From Pseudomonadota bacterium (GTDB lineage Bacteria > Pseudomonadota > Alphaproteobacteria > UBA1280 > JAAZVW01): 64,000 bases of DNA. Within the stretch, counting starts at the first letter, position 1. Every line of letters begins with the position of its first letter. Both the position numbers and the translations under genes were made by a program. Below are positions 1 through 10,181 of this stretch, piece after piece. The notes beneath the pieces are model-generated. The model saw nothing but the letters and a program-made list of their open reading frames with translations. It was not told the DNA's origin and did no database searches. Where the stretch lies: positions 23,024 to 87,023 of the forward strand of contig JAAZVW010000001.1 in NCBI GenBank assembly GCA_018623135.1, given 5' to 3'.

Positions 1-282
1 ATCGCCTGCGCCGTCTGATGTGTTTTTGTTAAAATCTCTAATTAATACTTCGGCGGCTAAGTTAATCGCTGAATAGCTATTGTATTTAAGCTGTTGAGAT
101 TCTGTAATTGCACTAAGCCTTGTTGTGCTTTGGTTTAGGTTTGTCATTTGCAAGGTCATAAATACGGCAACTAAGCCTGTAACACCTAAAACAGCAATAA
201 GAATTAATCCTGAATTATGTGCCGATTTTAAGACAAATTTAGGTGCACATAGTAGGTATAAACATCTGTTGATAAAAGCCAT
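1..282 (-). CDS. gspK: T2SS minor pseudopilin GspK, N-terminal part (runs off the window)
   Basis: Manual translation MAFINRC...HNSG|LILIAVLGVTGLVAVFM shows a prepilin-type site without Glu+5, typical of GspK. Follows gspJ. Confidence 0.7.
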   Translation of the reverse strand, partial: MAFINRCLYLLCAPKFVLKSAHNSGLILIAVLGVTGLVAVFMTLQMTNLNQSTTRLSAITESQQLKYNSYSAINLAAEVLIRDFNKNTSDGAGD

Positions 283-283
283 G

Positions 284-844
284 TTATTTAAGCTCCACAA
301 CAATAGGGAAGGTGCGCGACCAACCAGTTTCAACATCGTTACCTAAGGTAAGTTTAATAGCGATAGGTGTTTTATTATTTAGCCAAGTATTCAGCCATTG
401 TTTTTTATCATTTAGATATTTAATACTGTAGTCATCTACGGGGATAAGATAGGTTGTGAGAGGCTCTTTGCCGTTTAAATTGGTCAACTTATCTACCGCT
501 GTGCGGGTAAGGTAGGTTTTACCATCTTGCGGATGAGACTCAAATTTATAAGAGAGTAATTCTAGACCAGATTTAGGCATAGGCTCATCTTCTTTAATGC
601 TTGCAACTTTGATATAGCGCGTAAATGAGAATCCTTGGGTATCGCCTTTAAATCCAGATCTGAAATTTTCAATGTCTTCTTCTATTTTAAGCAAAGTATA
701 ATAGGTTTGTTCTTGCTGTTGCAAACGCTCATCTGCATGGTTGGTGAATGTTTGGAATAAAACAGACCCTAGGCTTGTCATTAAAATAGCCATTAAAGAA
801 AGTGCGATAAGCACTTCAATAAGTGTAAAACCTTTAATTTTCAT
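284..844 (-). CDS. gspJ: T2SS minor pseudopilin, GspJ-like
   Basis: KG|FTLIEVLIAL prepilin motif and C-terminal W..W...PIAIKLTL typical of GspJ. Confidence 0.75.
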   Translation of the reverse strand: MKIKGFTLIEVLIALSLMAILMTSLGSVLFQTFTNHADERLQQQEQTYYTLLKIEEDIENFRSGFKGDTQGFSFTRYIKVASIKEDEPMPKSGLELLSYKFESHPQDGKTYLTRTAVDKLTNLNGKEPLTTYLIPVDDYSIKYLNDKKQWLNTWLNNKTPIAIKLTLGNDVETGWSRTFPIVVELK

Positions 845-1352
845 CGCTAAAGCTTTCTACAACAAGTGGCATTTGTGTGCTGTTACTTATAAGTTTAAAA
901 CCTTTGTGATTGTCGTTGTTATCAATAAGAATAAGTTCAAAAGCAGGGGGTGTTGTAAAGCCTGAAAGGTTAAAGATAAAAGGCTCATTTTCATAGTCTT
1001 TATCAGCAATAATTTTTTGGATGCTTAAACGACTTGGTTTAAACTCTTTTGGTTCAAAACGCTCGATTTTGATTTCTTCAGAGCTTTCTTTAAAGGGGTC
1101 TATAAGCAGGTTTTGGTTTTTATATGTTGCAGTAATACTGTTTTCTGCAGGGTTTATCTCTATGCTTACAGATGCGTTTTGTTTTATACAGTCTTTACGC
1201 AATTGCTCCATAAAGGCGCGCAGCTGATTAGCTTCTTGTCTTGGGTTTAAGTGGTCTGCAGACGGGAATTGAGGCACTAAAAAGGCGGCCATTCCCCCAA
1301 TAATTGCAAGAACAACCAGCAATTCAAGAAGAGTAAAGCCGCCAATTTTCAT
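834..1352 (-). CDS. gspH: T2SS minor pseudopilin, GspH-like
   Basis: GG|FTLLELLVVLAIIG prepilin motif; directly after gspG. Confidence 0.7.
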   Translation of the reverse strand: MKIGGFTLLELLVVLAIIGGMAAFLVPQFPSADHLNPRQEANQLRAFMEQLRKDCIKQNASVSIEINPAENSITATYKNQNLLIDPFKESSEEIKIERFEPKEFKPSRLSIQKIIADKDYENEPFIFNLSGFTTPPAFELILIDNNDNHKGFKLISNSTQMPLVVESFSDEN

Positions 1353-1382
1353 GAGTATATTCTACTTTCTATAAAAGAAAGA

Positions 1383-1805
1383 TTATTCCCAGTTTGTGAT
1401 ATCAGCGTTATCTTCTGTACCACCTTTTTTACCATCAGCACCGTAAGACATAAGGTCATAGCCTGATTTAGACTGAATACCAGGGCTTAAATAAATATAG
1501 TCATTATCCCAAGGGTCTTTAGGTAGTTTTTGCATATAACCACCATCTTTCCAGTTTTTAGCGCCAGCTGGTTTTTCAACCAGTGCTTTAAGACCTTGGT
1601 TTGTTGTTGGGTATTTACGATTATCTAGCTTGTAAAGTTCAAGCGCTTGCTGAATTCCTTTAAGCTGCATTTCCGCTTGTGTGCGGCGTGCTTTTTCAGG
1701 CGCATCAAAAATTTTAGGGGCAACAAAGGTTGCTAGCACACCAATAATTACAATAACAACAAGTAGTTCCATAAGTGTGAAACCTGAAAGGCGATTATTC
1801 TTCAT
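1383..1805 (-). CDS. gspG: T2SS major pseudopilin GspG
   Basis: GFTLMELLVVIVIIG, YKLDN..YPTT.QGL.AL, LPKDPW, SYGADG motifs. Confidence 0.97.
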   Translation of the reverse strand: MKNNRLSGFTLMELLVVIVIIGVLATFVAPKIFDAPEKARRTQAEMQLKGIQQALELYKLDNRKYPTTNQGLKALVEKPAGAKNWKDGGYMQKLPKDPWDNDYIYLSPGIQSKSGYDLMSYGADGKKGGTEDNADITNWE

Positions 1806-1807
1806 TT

Positions 1808-3067
1808 TTATCCTCCAGCGAGTGTGTTTAGTTCAAAAATAGGTAGTAAAACAGCAATCATAATAAAGGCAATAAGCCCACCCATAAGCATAAGAAGTAA
1901 AGGCTGAATAAGTGTAGTTAAACCTTTAAGACTATTTTTAAGCTCGGTGTTATTTGCGCTATATAAACGCGCAAGCATTTGTGGCAATCTGCCAGAACTC
2001 TCGCCCACACGTGTCATATTAATAAGTAAGCTTGGGAAGCATTTTGCTTCTTTCATAGCGCGAGCTAAGGGCACACCTTCACGTACTTGTGTTTGCATAT
2101 GGTCAATCTTATCACCAATATAAGCATTTGGCATAAGTTTTTTAGAAATTTCTAATGATTTAAGCATAGGCACACCTGCACTTAATAAGGAAGAAAGAGC
2201 ACCTGTAAAACGTACCAATGCAATTTGTTCAAAGAGCTTACCGATTTTAGGAAGTTTTAGCAGTGTTCTATCTTGTATTTTTTTAGCCTGAATGTTTTTA
2301 CGTATAAATATTTTATAGCTGAAAGCCAGTAGGCACAGGCCAATTAAAAGCAGTAAGCCATGGTTTTGTAGCCAGTTACTTGTATTGAGTAAAAATATTG
2401 TGGCTTCTGGCAGAGCTTGCCCCATATCTGCAAACATTTCAGTTATTTTAGGCACAACAGAAACTAATAAAAAGCTGATAAGTGCCAAACCAACAACAAG
2501 CATTAAAACAGGGTAGGTAAGTGCAGATTTAAGCTCTGCAGTTAGCGCCTGCCTTTCTTCTAAAATATCAGCAAGTTCTAATAAAACACTACCCAATTTA
2601 CCTGTGCTTTGTGCGGCGTAGACCATATTTACATAAAGGTTGTTAAAGTACTTAGGGTGTTCTAGTAGTGCTTCATCTAAGCGTTTGCCTTCAGAAACTT
2701 CCGTACGTACTTGTTGTAGCACCTGAATAAATCCTCGGCTTTCTGCCTGATCTATCAGCGTATCTAAAGATTCGATAACCGGCATGCCCGCATCTACAAG
2801 TGTGGCAAATTGTCGTGTAAAGGCAACAAGTTCTTTAAAGGATACTTTACCACCACCAATTTCTAAAGCCATAATATCAGCAAGTTGCATGGTTTTAAGC
2901 TGGCTTACGTTAAAAGAGGCAGACTTTTTAGAGCTTTCTGAAATATGACTTACGAAGAGGCCTTGGTTTTTGAGTGTACTTTTTGCAGAAGATAAAGAAG
3001 CCGCTTCTAGGTTTCCTGAAACTTTTTTTCCATCAGCATTAAAAGCGTTGTACTTAAAAAATGCCAT
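1808..3067 (-). CDS. gspF: T2SS inner-membrane platform protein GspF
   Basis: FTRQFATLVDAGMP, ALTYP and GESSG.L repeats; ends LLPIFELN. Confidence 0.95.
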   Translation of the reverse strand: MAFFKYNAFNADGKKVSGNLEAASLSSAKSTLKNQGLFVSHISESSKKSASFNVSQLKTMQLADIMALEIGGGKVSFKELVAFTRQFATLVDAGMPVIESLDTLIDQAESRGFIQVLQQVRTEVSEGKRLDEALLEHPKYFNNLYVNMVYAAQSTGKLGSVLLELADILEERQALTAELKSALTYPVLMLVVGLALISFLLVSVVPKITEMFADMGQALPEATIFLLNTSNWLQNHGLLLLIGLCLLAFSYKIFIRKNIQAKKIQDRTLLKLPKIGKLFEQIALVRFTGALSSLLSAGVPMLKSLEISKKLMPNAYIGDKIDHMQTQVREGVPLARAMKEAKCFPSLLINMTRVGESSGRLPQMLARLYSANNTELKNSLKGLTTLIQPLLLMLMGGLIAFIMIAVLLPIFELNTLAGG

Positions 3068-3079
3068 TTATATACCTTT

Positions 3080-4747
3080 CTAAGACGCTTTTGTTACGCG
3101 GAAAACTTCTTCAAGGGTTGTTTTACCCTGTGAAGCAAGTAAAAGCGCTTCTTGAAAGAGTGTGAGCATGCCTTCAGATTGAGCAAGTTCACGCATTTGT
3201 GTATCAGAAACATTGTCATTTACTAAGCGGCGTAACCCTGGCGTTACTTCTAGCATTTCACAAACAGCGGCACGACCTAAATAGCCTGTTGTTGATGAGC
3301 CAGAAGGCACGGGCGCATAAAGTTTAAGTGGTCTTGGTATTAAATCTTTTGGCAAATTATCTGTAAAGATTTTACGGATTTCAGGTGTTATTTTAATTTC
3401 TTCTTTGCTGCTGTCATCTAACGTACGCAATAGACGCTGTGCAATAACCGCACGCAGTGATGAGCCAACTAAGAAGGGCTCTATACCCATATCAATAAGC
3501 CTTGTTACAGCAGAAGGTGCATCATTGGTATGAATGGTTGTAAGCACTAAATGACCAGTAAGTGAGGCTTGCACTGCAATTTGCGCTGTTTCAGTATCAC
3601 GTGTTTCACCAATAACCACAACATCAGGGTCTTGCCTTAAAATAGAGCGTAAACCTTCTGCAAAGGTAAGCCCGATTTTTGTATTAACTTGTATTTGACC
3701 GATACCATCGAGCTGGTATTCCACTGGGTCTTCAACAGTAACAATGTTAATGTCTGGCTTATTAATCTCACGAATACCAGCGTACAGGGTTGTTGTTTTA
3801 CCAGAACCTGTTGGGCCAGACACTAAAATAATGCCGTTAGGTTCTTTTAAAAGGTTTTGTAATTTTATAAGTTGAGAATCCCTTAGTCCCATATCTTTCA
3901 GCAAAATTGCTTGTTCATCTCTACCTAATAAACGCATAACCACACGTTCACCATGAGATGTTGGTAAAATAGAGATACGCACATCCATTTCTTTACCAGC
4001 AAGTGTTATTTTAAAACGACCATCTTGTGGGAGCCTTGTTTCTGCAATATCAAGCTCAGACATAACTTTTAAACGTGCAGACATAGCGGAATGTAACTTT
4101 TTAGAAGGGGTTACAATCGTGCGTAAAACACCATCTACCCTAAAGCGAATCACAACTTGTTTTTCAAAAGGTTCAATATGGATATCAGAAGCTTTTTCTT
4201 TAATCGCTTGCGCAAGAATAGAGTTAATTAAACGGATAACAGGCGCATCATCGTTTGCATCTAGCAAGTCTTCAGTTGCTTGCAGATCATCTGTTAAACT
4301 TGGTTCTTCAGATAAAGAAGAGGCGACATCTTCAGCTGATTGTTGGATGCGATCAAATGTTGCATTAATAAGGTTTTTAAGTGTACCTTCTGGCATATAC
4401 ACAGGTCGCACACGTAAGTTATGCTCTTTTGCATAATCATCCATAATATCGCTACCTAAATCAGGGTTCGCCATAGCAAATATAATTTGGGTATCATTTT
4501 GGGCCAGGGGAAGGCACTTGTACTCTTTACAAATGCTTAAGTTTAAGGGTGCAACAAGCTCGGCTGTAATGTCATCTGTTACCTCTGTTACCAAAGGTAA
4601 ACCATAGTAATCTGCCGCTTTTTGTTGGGTGTGTGCATCAAATTGCCCTGTGCTTTCTAAAAAGCGATTTAGGGTGAAAAAATCATGCCCAAGATCCGCA
4701 GGGATTTGAATATCAAGTTCTGTTTTAAGGTAATCTGCGTATGTCAT
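3080..4747 (-). CDS. gspE: T2SS ATPase GspE
   Basis: ASDIHIEP, RLPQDGR, Walker A GPTGSGKTTT, LRQDPDV, TGHLVLTTIH. Confidence 0.97.
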   Translation of the reverse strand: MTYADYLKTELDIQIPADLGHDFFTLNRFLESTGQFDAHTQQKAADYYGLPLVTEVTDDITAELVAPLNLSICKEYKCLPLAQNDTQIIFAMANPDLGSDIMDDYAKEHNLRVRPVYMPEGTLKNLINATFDRIQQSAEDVASSLSEEPSLTDDLQATEDLLDANDDAPVIRLINSILAQAIKEKASDIHIEPFEKQVVIRFRVDGVLRTIVTPSKKLHSAMSARLKVMSELDIAETRLPQDGRFKITLAGKEMDVRISILPTSHGERVVMRLLGRDEQAILLKDMGLRDSQLIKLQNLLKEPNGIILVSGPTGSGKTTTLYAGIREINKPDINIVTVEDPVEYQLDGIGQIQVNTKIGLTFAEGLRSILRQDPDVVVIGETRDTETAQIAVQASLTGHLVLTTIHTNDAPSAVTRLIDMGIEPFLVGSSLRAVIAQRLLRTLDDSSKEEIKITPEIRKIFTDNLPKDLIPRPLKLYAPVPSGSSTTGYLGRAAVCEMLEVTPGLRRLVNDNVSDTQMRELAQSEGMLTLFQEALLLASQGKTTLEEVFRVTKAS

Positions 4748-7700
4748 TAACGAACCCTTAATACATGCACAGCGTTTTGTTCAATTGCTTTTTGGTTATC
4801 TGAGCTTAAAGCATAAATGTCAATTTTAGATTTTGAAATACCAGATGCAACAAGAAAATCTTGCACTTGCGAAGCGCGTTTAATGGCTTGTTTACGACCT
4901 GCTGCGCCTTTTGTGGCAGCAGAAAAAGCTCTTACTTCTAAGCGGATAGGTGACCAATCTACAAAAAGATTAGGTATCTTACTCAGTTGAGTTAAGTAAG
5001 CTTCCGCAATTTTGCTAGAGCCATCTTCAAATCCAATAAAAGCAAGTGGGTAAGGTAAGCTTTGTGCTTTTTGAGCGAGGTTCGGTTGTGTGAACAAAGG
5101 CTTAACAAGCTGTGTTTCTTGCAACTGAATTGGCGCTGGATCAATAGGTTTTGTAAGGTTAATAGCTGCTTCTGGCATATTAAGTTTTTTAAGTTCTTTA
5201 GGTTGTGCGAGCTTAACTTCTGGCTGTTTGAGTTTAACAGCATCTTGTTGTACTAATTTAGGTTCTTGGTAAGTAAGATTCGTTTCTGTTGTAGAAACCG
5301 CCGTACCTGTAGAAATTTTTGCTTGCGCTACGGCTTGTTGGCGTTCTTCAAGCAATGGTGCAGGAGCAGAAAATTCTTCTGCAGATGTTGCTGTATTTGT
5401 TTTTTGACCAAGCGGAGCGGATGTTCTTTTCGCCGTAAGCTCAGAAGGAATAGAAGGTGCAAATTCAGCAGATGTACGCATGCGTAAAACATCTATATCC
5501 ATAGCTGCGTTTGAGATCACTGAGTTTTGCGTAAGTAAAGCAGTTTCAGGCATTAGCATAGGCTGTTCACCATCTTCTAGCTGCTTTGCGGCTACAGGTT
5601 GAGCAGGTTTAATAAGTGTTACAGGCTCTTTTGCAATAGGGCGCGCAACTTGCGCTACCTTAATTTCTTTTGGAGCTGCAATGCGGTAATTTTCTGTTTG
5701 TGGGTTTACCTTAACTTGTTTTTGCTCAAGTTTATAAGCTTGGGGCTTTTTTGCACGGCTTTCCTCCTGAATCGGCGTGTTTTGCTGATGGACTTCAGGT
5801 GTTTGATTCGGCTCAATAACAGGCATTATTTGCTGAGCGTTTGTTGGTTTTGGTGTTTTAAATAAACCACGATTTTCATCACGCAGGTGGTTAGGTACCA
5901 TATCTGCTTCTGGGATTTCAACACGTTTTACAAGCGCAGAACCTTTGCGTGGTTTTGTTTTTTGACGCTCACGAATTTGTGTGTATTTATCATTTGTAAT
6001 GCTGTCTAGATCACCGAATGTATTGATGATTTGCGGCTTTAAGAAAACCATAAGGTTTGTTTTGCTATTTTGAACGCGCGAGGATTTAAAGAGTTGACCT
6101 AAACCCCAAATGTTAGCAAGACAAGGGACAGCGGAATTTGCTTCTGTTACATCGTCACGAATAAGACCACCAAGTACAACCATATTGCCGTTTGGTACAA
6201 CAACAGAAGTTTTGATAGAGCGTTTACGTGTAATCAGGTCGGCGGCATTTTCGTTATTTGGCGCGACAGATGAAATTTCTTGATAGATTTTCATTTGGAT
6301 AAAACCGTTTTCAGAAATTTGAGGGGTCATGCGCAATGTCAGACCGATATCCTGACGTTCGATTGTTTGAAATGGATCGGCGCTACCTGAAGAATTTGAG
6401 TAGGAACCAGTCACAAATGGTACGTTATCACCGACAATGATTTCTGCTTCTTCGTTATCCAGTGTTAGAAGCTGAGGTGTTGATAGAATGTTGATGCTTG
6501 ATTCTGACTTTAAGGCATTGATTAACATACCAATATTTGCAAATTCGGTGCCGTTAAAATCAATTGTTCCGCCCGCTAAACCGAATGAAAAACCGCTTGG
6601 TAATGCTAAAGGATTTGAGGCTAAGTTATTAATAAGACCATTAGCAGATGAGGTGACACCACCAAAAGGTACAATGCCAGAGCCTGAACCGATACCTTCT
6701 GTCGCGCGCCATTCGATGCCAAATTGGTCTGCTGTATCTGCGGATACTTCCATAATAAGGGCTTCAACATAAACTTGAAGGCGGCGGATATCGAGACGAC
6801 GGATAACTTCTTGCAGGGTGACCATGTCGACAGGATCTGCTGAAAGAACAAGAGCATTTGTTGTTTCATCTGCAACCACAGAAACAGGTGCACGAAATGC
6901 TGTAAGAGAGGCTAAAGATGATTTTTTAACTTGGTCGTTGTTGTCTTGAGCGTCTTCTTCTGCTTCTTCGTTACGTGTAATAACTTCGTTAAGTACTTCA
7001 GCTAAGTTTTTAGCATCTGCATGTTTAAGGTAGAAAATTTCTACAGATTTTACTTTAGCATTTGTGTCTAGATCTAGTTTATCCACAAGGCGTCTGATCG
7101 CTTGCAAATCTGAATAATCAGCAACTACAATAAGTTTATTACTTGTTACTTCAGGAATAATTTGAACGGGTGTACCTTCACGCGATTTAACTTCGTAGAT
7201 ACGGTCAATAATATCAGCGACTTGGGCTGCATCGGCATGGTTAAGTGGTACAAGCTCGATAGCACCTGCCGATGATGGTGTATCAAGATCTTTAATAATG
7301 CTTTCTAAGCGTGAAATATTTGCAAAATTTTCTGTAATAATAAGGCTATTTGTTGGCCTAAATGAGCTCAAGTTAGCTGATTTTGAAAGAAGAGGCTTTA
7401 TGATAGGAATAACAGAATCCACGCTTAAATATTTAAGTTTAAGAATGCGTGTGATGATTTCTGCCGGGCGGGCATCATCGGGTTCTGCTCGGCCTTTAAT
7501 TGTTTGAATTTGCTCGGATGTTGCTTCAGATGAACGGATAACTTTAAAGCCATTGCCCCCATCTTCGACTAATGCGTAGCCAACACCTTGAAGAAGACTT
7601 TCGTAGACTTCTAGCACAGCGTCTTCTGGTACTGGGTTAGGGCTAATAATGCTTACTTTGGCAGAAGCGTTAGAATCTAATGTAAAATTGTATCCTGTTA

Positions 7701-7857
7701 CTTCTGCCACGTAGCGTGTTAAATCTGTAATTGCAACGTTTTCAAAGTTAAAAACCACGCCTTCACTTGGTTGGGCATAGGCATAGCTAGAGCCTAAAGC
7801 CGTAAGGCCAAGTGCTAGTGTTTTTAAAGAGCTTTTTATTGTTGTTGTAAGGCTCAT
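4747..7857 (-). CDS. gspD: T2SS secretin GspD with long C-terminal extension ending in an OmpA-like domain
   Basis: Signal peptide, N domains, QVYVEALIMEV, NILSTPQLLTLDNEEAEIIVG, VLGGLI, NLMVFLKPQI; then about 400 extra residues. Confidence 0.93.
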   Translation of the reverse strand: MSLTTTIKSSLKTLALGLTALGSSYAYAQPSEGVVFNFENVAITDLTRYVAEVTGYNFTLDSNASAKVSIISPNPVPEDAVLEVYESLLQGVGYALVEDGGNGFKVIRSSEATSEQIQTIKGRAEPDDARPAEIITRILKLKYLSVDSVIPIIKPLLSKSANLSSFRPTNSLIITENFANISRLESIIKDLDTPSSAGAIELVPLNHADAAQVADIIDRIYEVKSREGTPVQIIPEVTSNKLIVVADYSDLQAIRRLVDKLDLDTNAKVKSVEIFYLKHADAKNLAEVLNEVITRNEEAEEDAQDNNDQVKKSSLASLTAFRAPVSVVADETTNALVLSADPVDMVTLQEVIRRLDIRRLQVYVEALIMEVSADTADQFGIEWRATEGIGSGSGIVPFGGVTSSANGLINNLASNPLALPSGFSFGLAGGTIDFNGTEFANIGMLINALKSESSINILSTPQLLTLDNEEAEIIVGDNVPFVTGSYSNSSGSADPFQTIERQDIGLTLRMTPQISENGFIQMKIYQEISSVAPNNENAADLITRKRSIKTSVVVPNGNMVVLGGLIRDDVTEANSAVPCLANIWGLGQLFKSSRVQNSKTNLMVFLKPQIINTFGDLDSITNDKYTQIRERQKTKPRKGSALVKRVEIPEADMVPNHLRDENRGLFKTPKPTNAQQIMPVIEPNQTPEVHQQNTPIQEESRAKKPQAYKLEQKQVKVNPQTENYRIAAPKEIKVAQVARPIAKEPVTLIKPAQPVAAKQLEDGEQPMLMPETALLTQNSVISNAAMDIDVLRMRTSAEFAPSIPSELTAKRTSAPLGQKTNTATSAEEFSAPAPLLEERQQAVAQAKISTGTAVSTTETNLTYQEPKLVQQDAVKLKQPEVKLAQPKELKKLNMPEAAINLTKPIDPAPIQLQETQLVKPLFTQPNLAQKAQSLPYPLAFIGFEDGSSKIAEAYLTQLSKIPNLFVDWSPIRLEVRAFSAATKGAAGRKQAIKRASQVQDFLVASGISKSKIDIYALSSDNQKAIEQNAVHVLRVR

Positions 7858-7900
7858 TTAAGGCGCTCCTAATTTTTTAACAAAGAACTAAACGTTGTAA

Positions 7901-8707
7901 TTAAGCTTCCCCATGCAGGGTTTTAAGTAGGCGGGCATGCAATGTTGGGTTTGATGCCACCATTGTTGTGCTTTCTGCTGTTAAAGGTTCACCTTTAATA
8001 TCGGTTACTTTACCACCAGCTTCGACCATAACAAGACGACCAAGAGCGATTTCGATAGGGCTTAAACCTACAGCAACAAAACCATCTGCACGACCAGAAG
8101 CGACTTGTAAAATATCGGCTACTGGGTTTTGAGTCATACGACAAGAAACGCCTGTTTTTAAGAAATCTGACATTGCAGAAATAACGTAAGAGGCATCTTT
8201 ATTCGGTTTGCCTTCTAGACGTGAAGGTACGTGAAAGTGGAAAAGACCTTGTACAAGAGATGTACGGCCTGTTACACGGTAACGCATTTCGTTATCTTTT
8301 GCGCCTTCGCCTTTTGCACAAGTAAAGTCTGTATCTTGTACAAAGTCGTAAACAAGAGCCTCAATAGGTTCGTCTTTTTCTGTAACTACGTATGCAGAAA
8401 GACCAGGTTCGATTGAGTGCATAAAGTTTGCGTAGCTTGCAATAGGAGACGCCATGATTTTAACAGAGTCGGTACCTTCCTGCTGAAGACCTTCTTTAAT
8501 ATCAATTGTGCTTTCTGGGTATGTTTCACTTAAAACATTAAATTGAAAGCCGTTTACCTTGTTAATTGCCTTTTCTAGAGATTGTTCTAGACCAGCTGTT
8601 TTAACTTGTTGACGTGCCATATCACCAAAAAAGCGGTTAAGGTCTTTAGATGATTTGTGACACATGCGTAGAAGATTTTGCAAACGCGGTGCTGTGTTAA
8701 TAGCCAT
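7901..8707 (-). CDS. Inositol monophosphatase (SuhB) family protein with degenerate active site
   Basis: VASGRADGF, VEAGGKVTD, ASN..LH..LL; lies downstream of efp as suhB does in alphaproteobacteria. DPxDGT motif absent. Confidence 0.8.
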   Translation of the reverse strand: MAINTAPRLQNLLRMCHKSSKDLNRFFGDMARQQVKTAGLEQSLEKAINKVNGFQFNVLSETYPESTIDIKEGLQQEGTDSVKIMASPIASYANFMHSIEPGLSAYVVTEKDEPIEALVYDFVQDTDFTCAKGEGAKDNEMRYRVTGRTSLVQGLFHFHVPSRLEGKPNKDASYVISAMSDFLKTGVSCRMTQNPVADILQVASGRADGFVAVGLSPIEIALGRLVMVEAGGKVTDIKGEPLTAESTTMVASNPTLHARLLKTLHGEA

Positions 8708-8709
8708 AA

Positions 8710-9273
8710 TTATTTAGCCCTTTCAACGTAAGTGCCATCGGCTGTTGAAACAACGATGCGTTCACCCGTTTCGATGAATTGTGGCACCATGACTGTTTCG
8801 CCGTTTTCGACTTTAGCTGGTTTATAAGATGAAGAAACAGTTTGACCTTTAATAGCGGCATCTGCTTCTAAAATTTCCATTGTAACTTGAGAAGGAAGCT
8901 CAACACCGATTGGGTTTGCTTCGTGCATTTCAATTTGGATTTCCATATTTTCTTGAAGCCATTTGGCTGCGTCGGCAATAACATCTTCTGCAATGGCGAT
9001 TTGTTCGTAAGATTCCATATCCATGAAGTTATGCATATCGCCTTCTGAGTAGAGGTATTGCATTTGCTTTTGTTCTAGCACGGCACGCTCAACTGATTCT
9101 GTTGAACGGAAACGCTCATTAAGTTTTGTGCCTTGAGTGACTTCTTTCATTTCTGCTTGAACGTATGCGCCGCCTTTACCCGGCTGTGTGTGTGAAATTT
9201 TTAGAACGCGCCATAGTTTGCCTTGGTGCTCAAGAACATTACCAGGGCGGATTTGGTTTGCATTGATCTTCAT
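8710..9273 (-). CDS. efp: Elongation factor P
   Basis: HTQPGKGGAY, KPA..E.G..V.VP.FI..GE, YVERA. Confidence 0.98.
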   Translation of the reverse strand: MKINANQIRPGNVLEHQGKLWRVLKISHTQPGKGGAYVQAEMKEVTQGTKLNERFRSTESVERAVLEQKQMQYLYSEGDMHNFMDMESYEQIAIAEDVIADAAKWLQENMEIQIEMHEANPIGVELPSQVTMEILEADAAIKGQTVSSSYKPAKVENGETVMVPQFIETGERIVVSTADGTYVERAK

Positions 9274-9380
9274 CTGAAACTAACCTTAAAGAATATGTTA
9301 TGTAATTTAGCTAAATATATTTATATCGCGCAAATTTAACAGTATAGCGTTTAAAATGCAACAGTATATTAAGGTGGTTT

Positions 9381-10181
9381 ATGAATATTAATTTTATGAA
9401 AAAGATGTGTTTTTGTTTTGTTTCAATGGGTTGTGCTGTTGTTGCAAGTGCCGAATCTGTGGTGGAAAAAACATCTTGGCAGCTTAAAGGGGTTTGGGCG
9501 CAAAAAGAGCTAGATATTAAAATACATCAAAAAGATGAGTGGCTTATACTGGATAACTTTTTGCCAGAGATGAATGTTTTATATTCTGCTCAAAAAGAGG
9601 TGTTTTACATTGATGCGACTTGGCAAGAGCAGGGGGTGTTTAGGATTTCTGTCATTAATGATTTGCCTAAATTTCAGATGGGGCGTTTTAAGGCTGTTTC
9701 TGATAAAAATAAAGATAAAATAAGGTATTCTCACTTTGTAAATCGTAAAAACTGTGGCTTATTGGAGACGAGGGCGCCTAAAAAGAATGAAGAAGTTTTG
9801 TTGGGCTTAAGGCAGGTAAACCAAATTTTATTCTTAAGAGAGTTTTTGACAAAACCTATTGAGGGACCACTTGGTGATTGTAGTTTGTTTGAGGTGAAAG
9901 AAGTTGTTTCTGAACTTGTAGGAGAGCCTATGTCATACTATTCAGGCAAGAACCAATATAATTTTTCTAAAACCTATAAGGGTGATTTGTATGATGAATT
10001 TGAGGTAAATATGATACAGGGGGATAAGTCTCTTTCTGCTAAGGATTTAGAGGTTATTAGGCTTTATTACCAATCTGATAAGATTAAAAAGTTTTTTAAA
10101 CAAGAGGTTGTTCAGCAATTAACAGAGCAGGAAAAGTCTAGGTCTTTAAAGGTGTTACAGGCCATTGAACAAGAAGAATAA
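9381..10181 (+). CDS. Hypothetical exported protein
   Basis: 266 aa ORF with signal-peptide-like N-terminus; family not recognised. Confidence 0.6.
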   Translation: MNINFMKKMCFCFVSMGCAVVASAESVVEKTSWQLKGVWAQKELDIKIHQKDEWLILDNFLPEMNVLYSAQKEVFYIDATWQEQGVFRISVINDLPKFQMGRFKAVSDKNKDKIRYSHFVNRKNCGLLETRAPKKNEEVLLGLRQVNQILFLREFLTKPIEGPLGDCSLFEVKEVVSELVGEPMSYYSGKNQYNFSKTYKGDLYDEFEVNMIQGDKSLSAKDLEVIRLYYQSDKIKKFFKQEVVQQLTEQEKSRSLKVLQAIEQEE

